Virus record (IMG/VR): IMGVR_UViG_3300035703_000034
Coordinates: 1-64,000 of that record
Source: a virus
Direction: 5' to 3' (one strand)
DNA length: 64,000 nucleotides
The notes beneath the pieces are model-generated. The model did not search any database. It saw nothing but the letters and a program-made list of their open reading frames with translations, and was not told where the DNA came from. Shown here piece by piece: positions 50,298 through 58,476 of the stretch. The first letter of the stretch is position 1. The number at the start of each line of letters is the position of its first letter. The position numbers and the translations under genes are program-made.

Positions 50298-51242
50298 ATG
50301 GATCAGGATATGCACACTCTGCAAGAAGTTCGGATGAGGAACCAGGGGCTGGTTCAGATGCTCCGCTCCGGACCCGAGGGTCACGAGAAGGTGGCCTCGG
50401 CCATCAAGGAGGAGCTGATCCTCAACTACGCACGCGAGGACGGCCTGTCGCGCCGCGCGATGCCGATGCGCCCCGTGTCGAACGCCGAGCTCACGCCCGA
50501 CGCCAACAACCCCGACGTGCCCGCCATGCTGGTCCCGGTGGAGCCGGTGCTCAACGAGTACCTCGCCACCTCCGTCGACTTCATGCAGCCGTCCAAGGAG
50601 CTCTGGTTCCGCTCCAAGGTGGCCTTCGTCTACTTCAAGCCGATCAAGACGAAGACCATCACGTTGACGGAAATGCAACTTCTTGCAAATAACTTTCCCA
50701 TCAGATCTTACATCGAGTCTGTCGCGCGCAACGACATTCTCGCGGTTGAAGACATCGCCCTGATCGAAGCCATCGAGCGCTGCGTGGCGAAGTTTTCTGC
50801 GACCAACGCCTTGACTTCGACCGCACCTTTGGTGAAAGATGTCATCGCGGACGGCGCGAAGGCGATGACCCGCAACCGACTCAATGTCGAACTCATTCTT
50901 CTGAATGAAATTACATATTACGACATCTTGAAGTGGAACTCTTCGGAAGTCGGCTCTCTTGTGCTGGACGACATCGTCGAGCACGGGCCGAAGGGCGAGG
51001 AGTTCAAGTACAAGAGCTGGCTGGGCTTCAAGTGGGTGTTGACAAACAACACCGACGTGATCCCCGAGAACATCCTGTACTACCTGCCCCCGCAGCGCTT
51101 CCTGGGCGTGTCGTACATGCTGGCCGAGGCCGAGCAGTTCCTCGAGTTCCGGGACGGCATCCTGCGCACGAACACCCGCGAGATCATCGGCCGCAACCTG
51201 ATGAACCCCCGCGGTCCCATCAAGCACACGCTGTCGGCCTAG
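50298..51242 (+). CDS. Major capsid protein (HK97-like fold, inferred)
   Basis: 314 aa, between protease/scaffold/decoration and neck genes. 'YAREDGLSRRAMP', 'DILAVED', C-terminal 'NPRG'. Confidence 0.7.
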   Translation: MDQDMHTLQEVRMRNQGLVQMLRSGPEGHEKVASAIKEELILNYAREDGLSRRAMPMRPVSNAELTPDANNPDVPAMLVPVEPVLNEYLATSVDFMQPSKELWFRSKVAFVYFKPIKTKTITLTEMQLLANNFPIRSYIESVARNDILAVEDIALIEAIERCVAKFSATNALTSTAPLVKDVIADGAKAMTRNRLNVELILLNEITYYDILKWNSSEVGSLVLDDIVEHGPKGEEFKYKSWLGFKWVLTNNTDVIPENILYYLPPQRFLGVSYMLAEAEQFLEFRDGILRTNTREIIGRNLMNPRGPIKHTLSA

Positions 51243-51258
51243 AACGGGCTTACCCGGG

Positions 51259-51300
51259 CGGCGGCCCCGTGACATCTGTCGCGGCGGCCGCCGTTTGGTT
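51259..51300 (+). terminator. Putative intrinsic terminator after capsid gene
   Basis: CGGCGGCC...GGCCGCCG stem with an inner CCGTGACA/TGTCGCGG stem, followed by TTTGGTT. Confidence 0.5.
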
Positions 51301-51337
51301 CGTATCCGCCGCAGCACCCCATTGAAGGAGGACTTCC

Positions 51338-51679
51338 GTGAAGCAGCACGAGACCGTCCAGGTCCGTAACCTCTCCGCCGGTGCCATCTGCATCGCGCAC
51401 GTCACGCTCCCTGGCGGCGAGCTCGGCGCGATCAACGCCAAGCGCTTCCAGCTCTGGTTCGACAAGGGCGGTAAGCGACTGTTTGACGCCGGCCTCGTCG
51501 CCTTCGCGCAGCCGGCCGTGGCCGCCGCGCCCGCGAAGCCCGCCGCGCCCGAGCCCGTCGAAACCCCCGCCCCGGAGCCGGTCGCGGAGCCCGCGCCGAT
51601 CGCCGAGGTGGAGGAGGCCCCCGCGGCCGAAGAAGCCGACGACGAGCCCAAGCGGGGCCGCACGACCCGCCGCCGCTAA
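51338..51679 (+). CDS. Small protein with Pro/Glu/Ala-rich tail
   Basis: AAGGAGG RBS and GTG start. Typical post-capsid position. Confidence 0.6.
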   Translation: MKQHETVQVRNLSAGAICIAHVTLPGGELGAINAKRFQLWFDKGGKRLFDAGLVAFAQPAVAAAPAKPAAPEPVETPAPEPVAEPAPIAEVEEAPAAEEADDEPKRGRTTRRR

Positions 51680-51727
51680 GCCGCTTATCGACCGCTCAAC
51701 GGAGCGGTCGCGCTCCAGGGGGCCGCC

Positions 51728-52204
51728 ATGACCCGCGCCGAGCTGCTCGCAGCGCTGAAGGAAGACAACGCCGACCTGGCCGTGAACGTGCCGATGCTGC
51801 GGCGCCGGCTGCGCGACTACGCGCAGTTCAACGAGATCTTCGAGCAGGTCATGACGGACGACGAGCTCGCCGACGCCATCGTCGACAGCATCGCCGACTT
51901 CAACGCGCTGCCGCCCTTCATGGGCGACTACGACGAGCGGAACTTCCCCGACCGCAAGCTGCTGCTCGACACGGCCACGTGCGAGGCGCTGCAGCGCCTG
52001 GTGCTGTGGCACGCCCAGAACCAGTTCTCCGCGAGCGACGCCGGCCTTCAGATCCCCATCCACGAGCAGTGGCAGGGGCTCATGCAAATCGAGCAGATGC
52101 TGCGCGCCCGCAGCGAGCAGCGCGCGTCGCGCCTCAAGGCCCAGCTCAACGTGCAGCGCGCCTGGGGCCCCGGCGTCAGCTCGCCGCTCTGGCGGGAGTT
52201 CTGA
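51728..52204 (+). CDS. Putative head-tail adaptor
   Basis: Helical 158 aa protein: 'LRRRLRD...TDDELADAI...DFN..PP'. Post-capsid position. Confidence 0.55.
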   Translation: MTRAELLAALKEDNADLAVNVPMLRRRLRDYAQFNEIFEQVMTDDELADAIVDSIADFNALPPFMGDYDERNFPDRKLLLDTATCEALQRLVLWHAQNQFSASDAGLQIPIHEQWQGLMQIEQMLRARSEQRASRLKAQLNVQRAWGPGVSSPLWREF

Positions 52205-52205
52205 G

Positions 52206-53144
52206 ATGACCCTGTCGCTCGAGGTCGCCTGGGCCACGCCGCGCTGGGTGTCGCTGCGCTGGGAGTACACCGGGGCCGCGCCGCTGCAGGGGCCCGTGCG
52301 CGTTTACCGATCGAACAACGCCGTGACCGGCTTCGAGCCCGTCGGCGAGACCAGCCAGGTCGTCTGGATCGACCCTGTCGATCGCCTGTCGCGCTTCAAC
52401 AGCTGGTACTACCGCGTCGAGGCCACCACCGCCACGGGCGCCGCGCTCAGCTCGCCGGTGGCGACCCTGCAGGACCTGACGGACCGCACGGTGCTGCGGC
52501 TGCAGAAGCGCGAGCGCTTCCAGCTCGCCAAGTACGACGGCAACGGCGTCTGGCTCTATCCCCGGCGCCGCACGGGCACGCCCTGCCCGCGCTGCGTGCC
52601 CCAGGGCCAGGCCGCCCTCGGCGAGCTGGGGCTGCAGTGCACCGTCTGCTTCAACACCGGCATCGAGGGCGGCTACTACCCGCCTGTGCCCATCTACTGG
52701 GCGCAGCAGACGCTCCACAGCGAGGGCAGCAACCTGCTCGAGAACCGCGTCAAGGACTCCAACAACGGCGGCAACGCCTGGACCAGCAACTGGACGCTCG
52801 TGCACCCGGAGGACCTCCTGCGCGATGCCAACCCGCCCAACAACATCTGGAAGGTGACGGGCCTGCAGGCCTCCGAGCGCCGCGGCAGCACCCTGCGCCA
52901 GATCTTCACGTTCAACGAGGTCGACCGCTCGCAGCCCTACTACCAGCTGCCCGTGCCCGACTTCACGTTCCCCGACCCGACCGCGCTGTTCTTTCAGAGC
53001 TGGGACGGCCCGGACTGCGACGAGCGCTGGGCGCAGGCCATTCAAGCCTACCTGACCACGCTGCAACCCGCACCGCCACCATCGCCGCCAGCCACGCCCC
53101 CCAGCACGCCGACGAAGGACCGTCAGTCGCGCGCTTACCGCTAG
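52206..53144 (+). CDS. Putative neck/head-closure protein (FN3-like N-terminus, CxxC pairs)
   Basis: 'VYRS..VTGFE...WYYRVEA', 'GTPCPRC...CTVCFNTGIEGGY'. Confidence 0.55.
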   Translation: MTLSLEVAWATPRWVSLRWEYTGAAPLQGPVRVYRSNNAVTGFEPVGETSQVVWIDPVDRLSRFNSWYYRVEATTATGAALSSPVATLQDLTDRTVLRLQKRERFQLAKYDGNGVWLYPRRRTGTPCPRCVPQGQAALGELGLQCTVCFNTGIEGGYYPPVPIYWAQQTLHSEGSNLLENRVKDSNNGGNAWTSNWTLVHPEDLLRDANPPNNIWKVTGLQASERRGSTLRQIFTFNEVDRSQPYYQLPVPDFTFPDPTALFFQSWDGPDCDERWAQAIQAYLTTLQPAPPPSPPATPPSTPTKDRQSRAYR

Positions 53145-53969
53145 TCAAGCGACCGGTGGGTCGCTGTCGAACGGTACGCCGTCCCCGGGGGCGGTCATCG
53201 ACAGCGTCTCGCCGGCAGGCGGCTCGGGCAGCGGCCGCAGCACCGGCCTGTCGGGCAAGGACTGCGACACGGGGTCGCCCGCCTGCTCGGGCCAGACGAT
53301 CTCCCGCGTGGTGTCGTCCGCCAGCAGCAAATTGGGCGTGGCGACCTCGCGCGCGAAGACGAGCTGCACGTTCTCCAGCACCGTCGGGTTGGTCGCGCTC
53401 AGGCTGCGCGCGTGGCTCTGCAGCAGGCACTTCTCCCAGTACCACGACGCGATGTAGGCCCCGACCTCGTTGAACGACACGAGGTACAGCCCGAACGGCA
53501 CCTCGATGAGCTCGCTGGCCGTCGTCGCCTGCAGCGGCGTGCCGCGCTGGCTGGTCGGCAGCAGCGGCGCGACGTTGTAGCCCCCGCCGGTGTGGTACTC
53601 CAGCAGCCAGCGGTACAGCATCCCCAGCATGTTGCCCTGCGAACCGACCACGCGCTGCAGGGTCACGGCGTGCTGCATGCGCCCCGGGAAGTGCCGGGGC
53701 GTCGCCGCGCCGAACTCGTTGACCGTCGTCATGCTGCGCTGGCTGCTCTGCTCCACGGCCTGCAGCATGCCGATGGGCGTCAGCTGCTCGCGGTACGCGA
53801 CGGCCAGCCGTGCGAGCGGCGGACCGGAGACCAGCAGCGTGTGGGACGGGCTGACCAGATCGCCCGGCAGCTCGTCCGCGAAGACGGGCTGCTCGAAGGC
53901 GTTGTAGGTCTGGCTCCGGACCGATCGGTACGCCGCGTGGCGCAGCGCGTCAAGCGAGAGCGTCGGCAT
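53145..53969 (-). CDS. Tail tube-like protein (paralogue 2)
   Basis: Shares 'SGPP', 'PIG..Q', 'EFG', 'LQRV', 'PFG..L', 'YWEKC.L' with 53984-54736. Confidence 0.65.
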   Translation of the reverse strand: MPTLSLDALRHAAYRSVRSQTYNAFEQPVFADELPGDLVSPSHTLLVSGPPLARLAVAYREQLTPIGMLQAVEQSSQRSMTTVNEFGAATPRHFPGRMQHAVTLQRVVGSQGNMLGMLYRWLLEYHTGGGYNVAPLLPTSQRGTPLQATTASELIEVPFGLYLVSFNEVGAYIASWYWEKCLLQSHARSLSATNPTVLENVQLVFAREVATPNLLLADDTTREIVWPEQAGDPVSQSLPDRPVLRPLPEPPAGETLSMTAPGDGVPFDSDPPVA

Positions 53970-53983
53970 CGATCACGGGGCGC

Positions 53984-54736
53984 TCAGGCCGTCGGGAAGG
54001 TGATCGACTTGGGATCCATCTTGCCGTCGCCCGTGGCAAACGCCAGGTTGATGGCGGGTGCGGGCACCTTGCGCACGGCGTAGATGCTGACGGACTCCTG
54101 GATGATGGGCTGGCCCGCCCCCACCGACTTGCCCGCGTTCAGCAGCTGGCAGCGCTCGTAGTACTCACGGCTGACCAGCTTGCCGCCGGCCGTGAAGGTG
54201 GCGAGCAGGATGCCGAACGGCAGGCGGAACACGTCCGACTCGAAGGTCGTGAAGTGCCCCCCGCTGACGGCCATGTCGGCCGCCCCCGTGGCGTTGCTGG
54301 CGGCGCCGCCCGGCTCGTTGGGCAGCAGCCGGACATCCACGGTCTCGTTGTTCAGCAGCTTGGGCAGCCAGGCGTAGCAGGCGTAGCGCAGGTTGCTGTG
54401 GTACGAGAGCACGCGCTGCAGCGACAGCTGGTACTGGGCCTGGGAGGCGGCCGTCCGCTTGAGGCGGCTGCCGATCTCCGAGAAGGGCGTGATGCCGTTG
54501 GTCTCGCTCTCGTTGAAGCCCTGCACCGCGCCGATGGGCACGAGGGTGCTGCCGATGTCCGTCGCCTTCGCCAGCACCGGCGGGCCCGAGAAGATGATCG
54601 TCGCGTCGGCACTCGCGACGTTGTTCGGGTCGTCCTCGAACTGGACCAGGTGGTTGAAGAAGTCCAGGTCGTCCGTACCCTTGGTCGTGTCGTAGAGCGC
54701 GTTCAGGGTTTCGAGCAGCTCGCTGATGTTTGCCAT
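53984..54736 (-). CDS. Tail tube protein
   Basis: Directly downstream of the sheath. 'PIGAVQGF', 'SEIGS', 'YYERCQL', 'IIQESVSI'. Confidence 0.7.
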   Translation of the reverse strand: MANISELLETLNALYDTTKGTDDLDFFNHLVQFEDDPNNVASADATIIFSGPPVLAKATDIGSTLVPIGAVQGFNESETNGITPFSEIGSRLKRTAASQAQYQLSLQRVLSYHSNLRYACYAWLPKLLNNETVDVRLLPNEPGGAASNATGAADMAVSGGHFTTFESDVFRLPFGILLATFTAGGKLVSREYYERCQLLNAGKSVGAGQPIIQESVSIYAVRKVPAPAINLAFATGDGKMDPKSITFPTA

Positions 54737-54749
54737 GGGGGGCTCTCCT

Positions 54750-56675
54750 TTACTGGGTCAGGACGACGCGGGCGCGGATGCGGTTGAGCGGCAACGGGAT
54801 GTCGATTTCGGTCACGATGTCGAGCACGTCCCGCTGGAACTCGTTTTGCGCCAGCGAGACCAGCGTGCCGCTGAGGATGGGCGCCCCGATCTGCGGGAAC
54901 ACCCGGTTCAGCAGGAACTGGTGGTAGCCCTCGATGACGTTGGCGATCGCCGCCGTCGTGGCCGCGTACAGGTTGTACGGCCCGATGAAGCTCGCCAGGC
55001 GGTCCTTCAACCCGATCGAGTAGTAGTCCCAGGTCTTCGTGACCGACAGCTCCTTGAACCGCGTGTCCGTCGTGTCCGTCGTCGTCTGGTAGTACGCCCG
55101 CGGCAGGGCCGTCGGCGACTGCTTCTCGACCACGAACCCGCCGCTGCCCGCGATCAGGCCGAGCTGCTCCTCGGTGAAGTAGGTGTTCGCGTAGCGCACG
55201 CCCGCCACGCCGAGCACGCCCAGGTTGGTGAAGCCCTGGTGCGGCTGGTTGCCCGCGCTCATGCCGGCCAGCGCGGCCGCCAGGTAGTAGCCCGGCACCA
55301 CCGTGTCGACGCCCTGGACGTTGACGACGATTTCGCCGTTGGTGACGTACACGATGCGGCGCGAGCCGAACGAGTCCGCCGCGCTCGCGATCGCCTCGGC
55401 CTGCCCCTGCTTGTCGAGCACGCGGAAGACCATCAGGTCCACCGCCTCCGCCGCGAAGTCGACCGTCACGGTGGCCGCCTGCGCGTAGCTGCCCTCCTCA
55501 CCCTCGAACTTGGCGTTGACCAGCTTCAGCGCGCCGTTGTTGAGCACCTCCGACACGCGGTAGATGCCGGCGCGATCCTCCGGGTTGGCCGTCACCGGCG
55601 CCTCCGCCCGGGCCGTCACCTGGACGTAGTCGCCGACGCGCACGGCCGTCACGAACTCCGCCACCGGGTGCAGCACCCGCAGCACGCCGGCCGCCCGCAC
55701 GAGCTGCCCGTTGGCGAGCGGCTCGACGACGACCTTCTCGCGCGGGTGCGGCAGGTTGACGAAGCCGATGCGGAACTTGCTCTTCTCCGGCACCGACATC
55801 TGCTGCACGTGCGCCTTGAGGAAGCTCTGCACCGTGACGTCCTGCGTGAGCAGGCAGATGGCGTAGACCCGCTCGTTGGTCAGCGCGTCCAGCGCGGCGA
55901 GCCAGGCGGCCGGGCTGTCCTCCTCGACGCCCACGCACATCACCGAGGTGATGGTGTTGGAGAGCGCGAGCTGGGCCGCGAGCGCCAGCGGGTTGTCGAC
56001 CGAGGCTGGCCCGAGCTTGGCCTCGAAGTCGGCGAGCCGGACCTCCGTGACGGCGTTGACCGTCAGCTGGCGCACGGCCTTGTAGCTGACGCGCACGACG
56101 GCCGTCAGCACCGCCTTGCCGTCAACCTCGAGCTCCGCGGCGAGCGTGACGCTCTCGTCCGTCGCCTCAAGGGAGGCGGCGGCGACGACCTGCGGGGCCG
56201 TCAGGTAGCGCTTGATGACAAAGGTGGCGCTGGCGAACGTCAGCTCGCGGTCGAGCTTCAGCGTGTAGTCGCCCGTCACGGCGAGGATCTTGGCCGTGTA
56301 GTCGACGCCGGCCGCCGTGAGGATGACGACGTCGCCCGCCGCGACGCCGCTGGCCGCGAAGGTGGTGCCGCCGGGGATCGTCAGCGTGTCGCTGGAAAGC
56401 GCGCACGTGACGGCGCCGCCGTCGCGCACCTGCAGGACCGCGTCGTCGAGCCGCACGACGAGCGAATCGGGCTCGACTTTCGCGCCGAGCTCCAACTCGG
56501 GGTAGGCAAATGTTAGACTGGTTCCGGAGTAGTTCCCGGGGCTCTTCTCCTGAATCACTTGCTTGTTCAGGCCAACCAGCACCGTGGGCAGCACCGGCGC
56601 AAACTGCGTCGTGCTGATCGCGGCGAGTTCCTGCTGAATCTCAACGCCGGGGCGCGTCATGGTTCTGATCGCCAT
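54750..56675 (-). CDS. Contractile tail sheath protein
   Basis: N-terminal 'RPGVEIQQE', 'VPGYYLAAALAG', 'PHQGFTN', 'KELSVTKTWDY', C-terminal 'PLPLNRIRARV'. Confidence 0.85.
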   Translation of the reverse strand: MAIRTMTRPGVEIQQELAAISTTQFAPVLPTVLVGLNKQVIQEKSPGNYSGTSLTFAYPELELGAKVEPDSLVVRLDDAVLQVRDGGAVTCALSSDTLTIPGGTTFAASGVAAGDVVILTAAGVDYTAKILAVTGDYTLKLDRELTFASATFVIKRYLTAPQVVAAASLEATDESVTLAAELEVDGKAVLTAVVRVSYKAVRQLTVNAVTEVRLADFEAKLGPASVDNPLALAAQLALSNTITSVMCVGVEEDSPAAWLAALDALTNERVYAICLLTQDVTVQSFLKAHVQQMSVPEKSKFRIGFVNLPHPREKVVVEPLANGQLVRAAGVLRVLHPVAEFVTAVRVGDYVQVTARAEAPVTANPEDRAGIYRVSEVLNNGALKLVNAKFEGEEGSYAQAATVTVDFAAEAVDLMVFRVLDKQGQAEAIASAADSFGSRRIVYVTNGEIVVNVQGVDTVVPGYYLAAALAGMSAGNQPHQGFTNLGVLGVAGVRYANTYFTEEQLGLIAGSGGFVVEKQSPTALPRAYYQTTTDTTDTRFKELSVTKTWDYYSIGLKDRLASFIGPYNLYAATTAAIANVIEGYHQFLLNRVFPQIGAPILSGTLVSLAQNEFQRDVLDIVTEIDIPLPLNRIRARVVLTQ

Positions 56676-56712
56676 CGCGGGCTCCTCCAAGGACTGGACT
56701 GCTTCCTAAGAG

Positions 56713-56721
56713 GATTATCAG
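56713..56721 (-). promoter_or_regulatory. Putative phage promoter motif CTGATAATC (sheath operon)
   Basis: Reverse-strand copy upstream of the GGAGGAG RBS of the sheath, co-oriented with the gene. Confidence 0.65.
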
Positions 56722-56727
56722 CAGCCG

Positions 56728-57117
56728 ATGGAAAAACCGCCCAAACCGGAACCGGCCTGCGCGCGGATCGACGCGGTGGTGCACCAGACCCTCAAGGACT
56801 GCCTCGCCCAGCACGGCGGCGCGCCGGCCGAGCTGTGCATGGCGATCGACGTATCATTGAAGTGGTTGTCCGAGCAGGGCGCGCCGTGCCGCGCGTTCGA
56901 GGTGCGGCTGGCGCAGGGCGGCGTCGGCTTCCGGTGCCTGGAGGCGGGCGAGGCCGCCCACCCCGAGGGGCTCTGGAAGCTGCTGCTGCTCGCCAGCGCG
57001 CCGCGCACGGGCCCGGACGGCGCCCCGCTGCTGGTGCCGACCACGTTGAACTGGTCCTCGGACACGCAGCGCTTGACGGTGGAGTACGCCCGCGCCGATG
57101 AAACACCTGACGCGTAA
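56728..57117 (+). CDS. Hypothetical protein
   Basis: AGAGG RBS, divergent from the sheath, overlaps the sigma start. Confidence 0.5.
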   Translation: MEKPPKPEPACARIDAVVHQTLKDCLAQHGGAPAELCMAIDVSLKWLSEQGAPCRAFEVRLAQGGVGFRCLEAGEAAHPEGLWKLLLLASAPRTGPDGAPLLVPTTLNWSSDTQRLTVEYARADETPDA

Positions 57118-57991
57118 AGAAGAGCTCGAGCTGATCATCGCGGCGCAGGCCGGCGACCGCCAGGCCCTGGCGACGCTCGTGCTCGCCCACCGCCCCTTCG
57201 TGCAGTACCTCATGCGCCAGATCACCTTCCCGGAGTGGATGGACCCCGAGGACATCCTGCAAGAAGGCTGCATCGGGCTGATGGACGCCGTCCGGACCTT
57301 CAACACGCAGTCCGGCAACCGCCTGCTCACCCACGCCTACTGGAAGATCAAGAAGGCGCTCACCAACCACATGAACAAGATGGGCTACATGGTGACGATC
57401 CCGTTCCTCAAGCTGCTAGACCTGAAGAAGTACATGAACAAGCTCGAGCAGACGCCGCAGCTGGTGACGGACGAGGAAAAGAAGAAGTACAGCACCTTCA
57501 AGAACGTCCAGCTGCTGTCCTTGTCGATCGGCATGTGCTCCTTCGAGGAGCCGAGCTTCCGGCAGTTCAACAACCACCGCGCCGCCGAGGAGTCCGACGA
57601 CGGCACCGGCGCGTACGTCGCCAACGACGTCAGCCTCGTCAGCCGCTCGACCGAGGAGGTCGTCCTCGGCGAGGCCGTCTACGCCGACCTGCTGCAGGTC
57701 ATCTCCAGCCTCAACGCGCTGGAGGGCGTGCTGCTGTCACAGTACTTGGGGGTGTACGGCGACGACCGGAAGCACTCGTTGAAGGCACTGGTCGGACAGA
57801 AAGCAGACTTCGACCCGTCGGGGAACCTGGTGACCGGCAGCAACGGGTACGGCATCCAGGTGGGCAAGTCATATAATACCATTAGCAAGCTGGTTCACGG
57901 CGCCCTGCATCTTGTGCGGCATCAGGTTGCACAGCATCTGGACGACGTGTTGCCCGAGATGGGAATTAGGCACCATGACCACACCGCCTGA
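57098..57991 (+). CDS. Sigma-70-family RNA polymerase sigma factor
   Basis: 'LTRKEELELI..AQAGD..A...LV.AH..FV', 'EDILQEGCIGLMDAVRTFN...GNRLLTHAYWKIK' (regions 1.2 and 2), with a divergent region 4. Confidence 0.85.
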   Translation: MKHLTRKEELELIIAAQAGDRQALATLVLAHRPFVQYLMRQITFPEWMDPEDILQEGCIGLMDAVRTFNTQSGNRLLTHAYWKIKKALTNHMNKMGYMVTIPFLKLLDLKKYMNKLEQTPQLVTDEEKKKYSTFKNVQLLSLSIGMCSFEEPSFRQFNNHRAAEESDDGTGAYVANDVSLVSRSTEEVVLGEAVYADLLQVISSLNALEGVLLSQYLGVYGDDRKHSLKALVGQKADFDPSGNLVTGSNGYGIQVGKSYNTISKLVHGALHLVRHQVAQHLDDVLPEMGIRHHDHTA

Positions 57992-58466
57992 CGCGCTGGC
58001 ACCGCGCGAGCCGATCCTCCCGCCGTACCAGGGGCGCGTCGAGATCAAGGGGATCTGGGACGAGCCGGGTCACCCGCGGCACGGCGAGGTGGTGAGCTAC
58101 TACGCGGCCAACACCATCACCTTCGACGCGCGCGGGCTGATGGCGCGGGCCCTGGCGGGCGACGCGGCGGGGCACATCGTGGCGGTGGCCTGGGGCACGG
58201 ACGGCACGGCCGCCCAACGCTCCGACACGGGCTGCAAGGCGCAGGTCGCGAGCTCCGCCATCGTGCAGCCCATCACCTACCCGCGCCCGGAGTCGGTGAT
58301 GTTCACCAGCGTGCTCGCGCGCGGCGAGGGCACGGGCTACACCTACAAGGAAGTCGCGCTGATGGCCGACGACGACAAGTGCTTCGCGCGCTTCGTGTTC
58401 CCCAACGGTCAGTACAAGTTTGCCCAGCTGCGCATGAGCGTCAACTGGGAAATCATCTTCATCTGA
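57975..58466 (+). CDS. Baseplate/tail-collar-type structural protein
   Basis: 'NTITFDAR.LMARAL', 'VAWGTDG', 'YKEVAL', 'SVNWEIIF'. Confidence 0.6.
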   Translation: MTTPPDALAPREPILPPYQGRVEIKGIWDEPGHPRHGEVVSYYAANTITFDARGLMARALAGDAAGHIVAVAWGTDGTAAQRSDTGCKAQVASSAIVQPITYPRPESVMFTSVLARGEGTGYTYKEVALMADDDKCFARFVFPNGQYKFAQLRMSVNWEIIFI

Positions 58467-58476
58467 GGCGCGTCGC

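Noticed and set aside
51689-51710. Hairpin CGACCGCTC-AACG-GAGCGGTCG
   Set aside because: A perfect stem but with no U-tract. It may be an RNA stability or processing element and was not called as a terminator.
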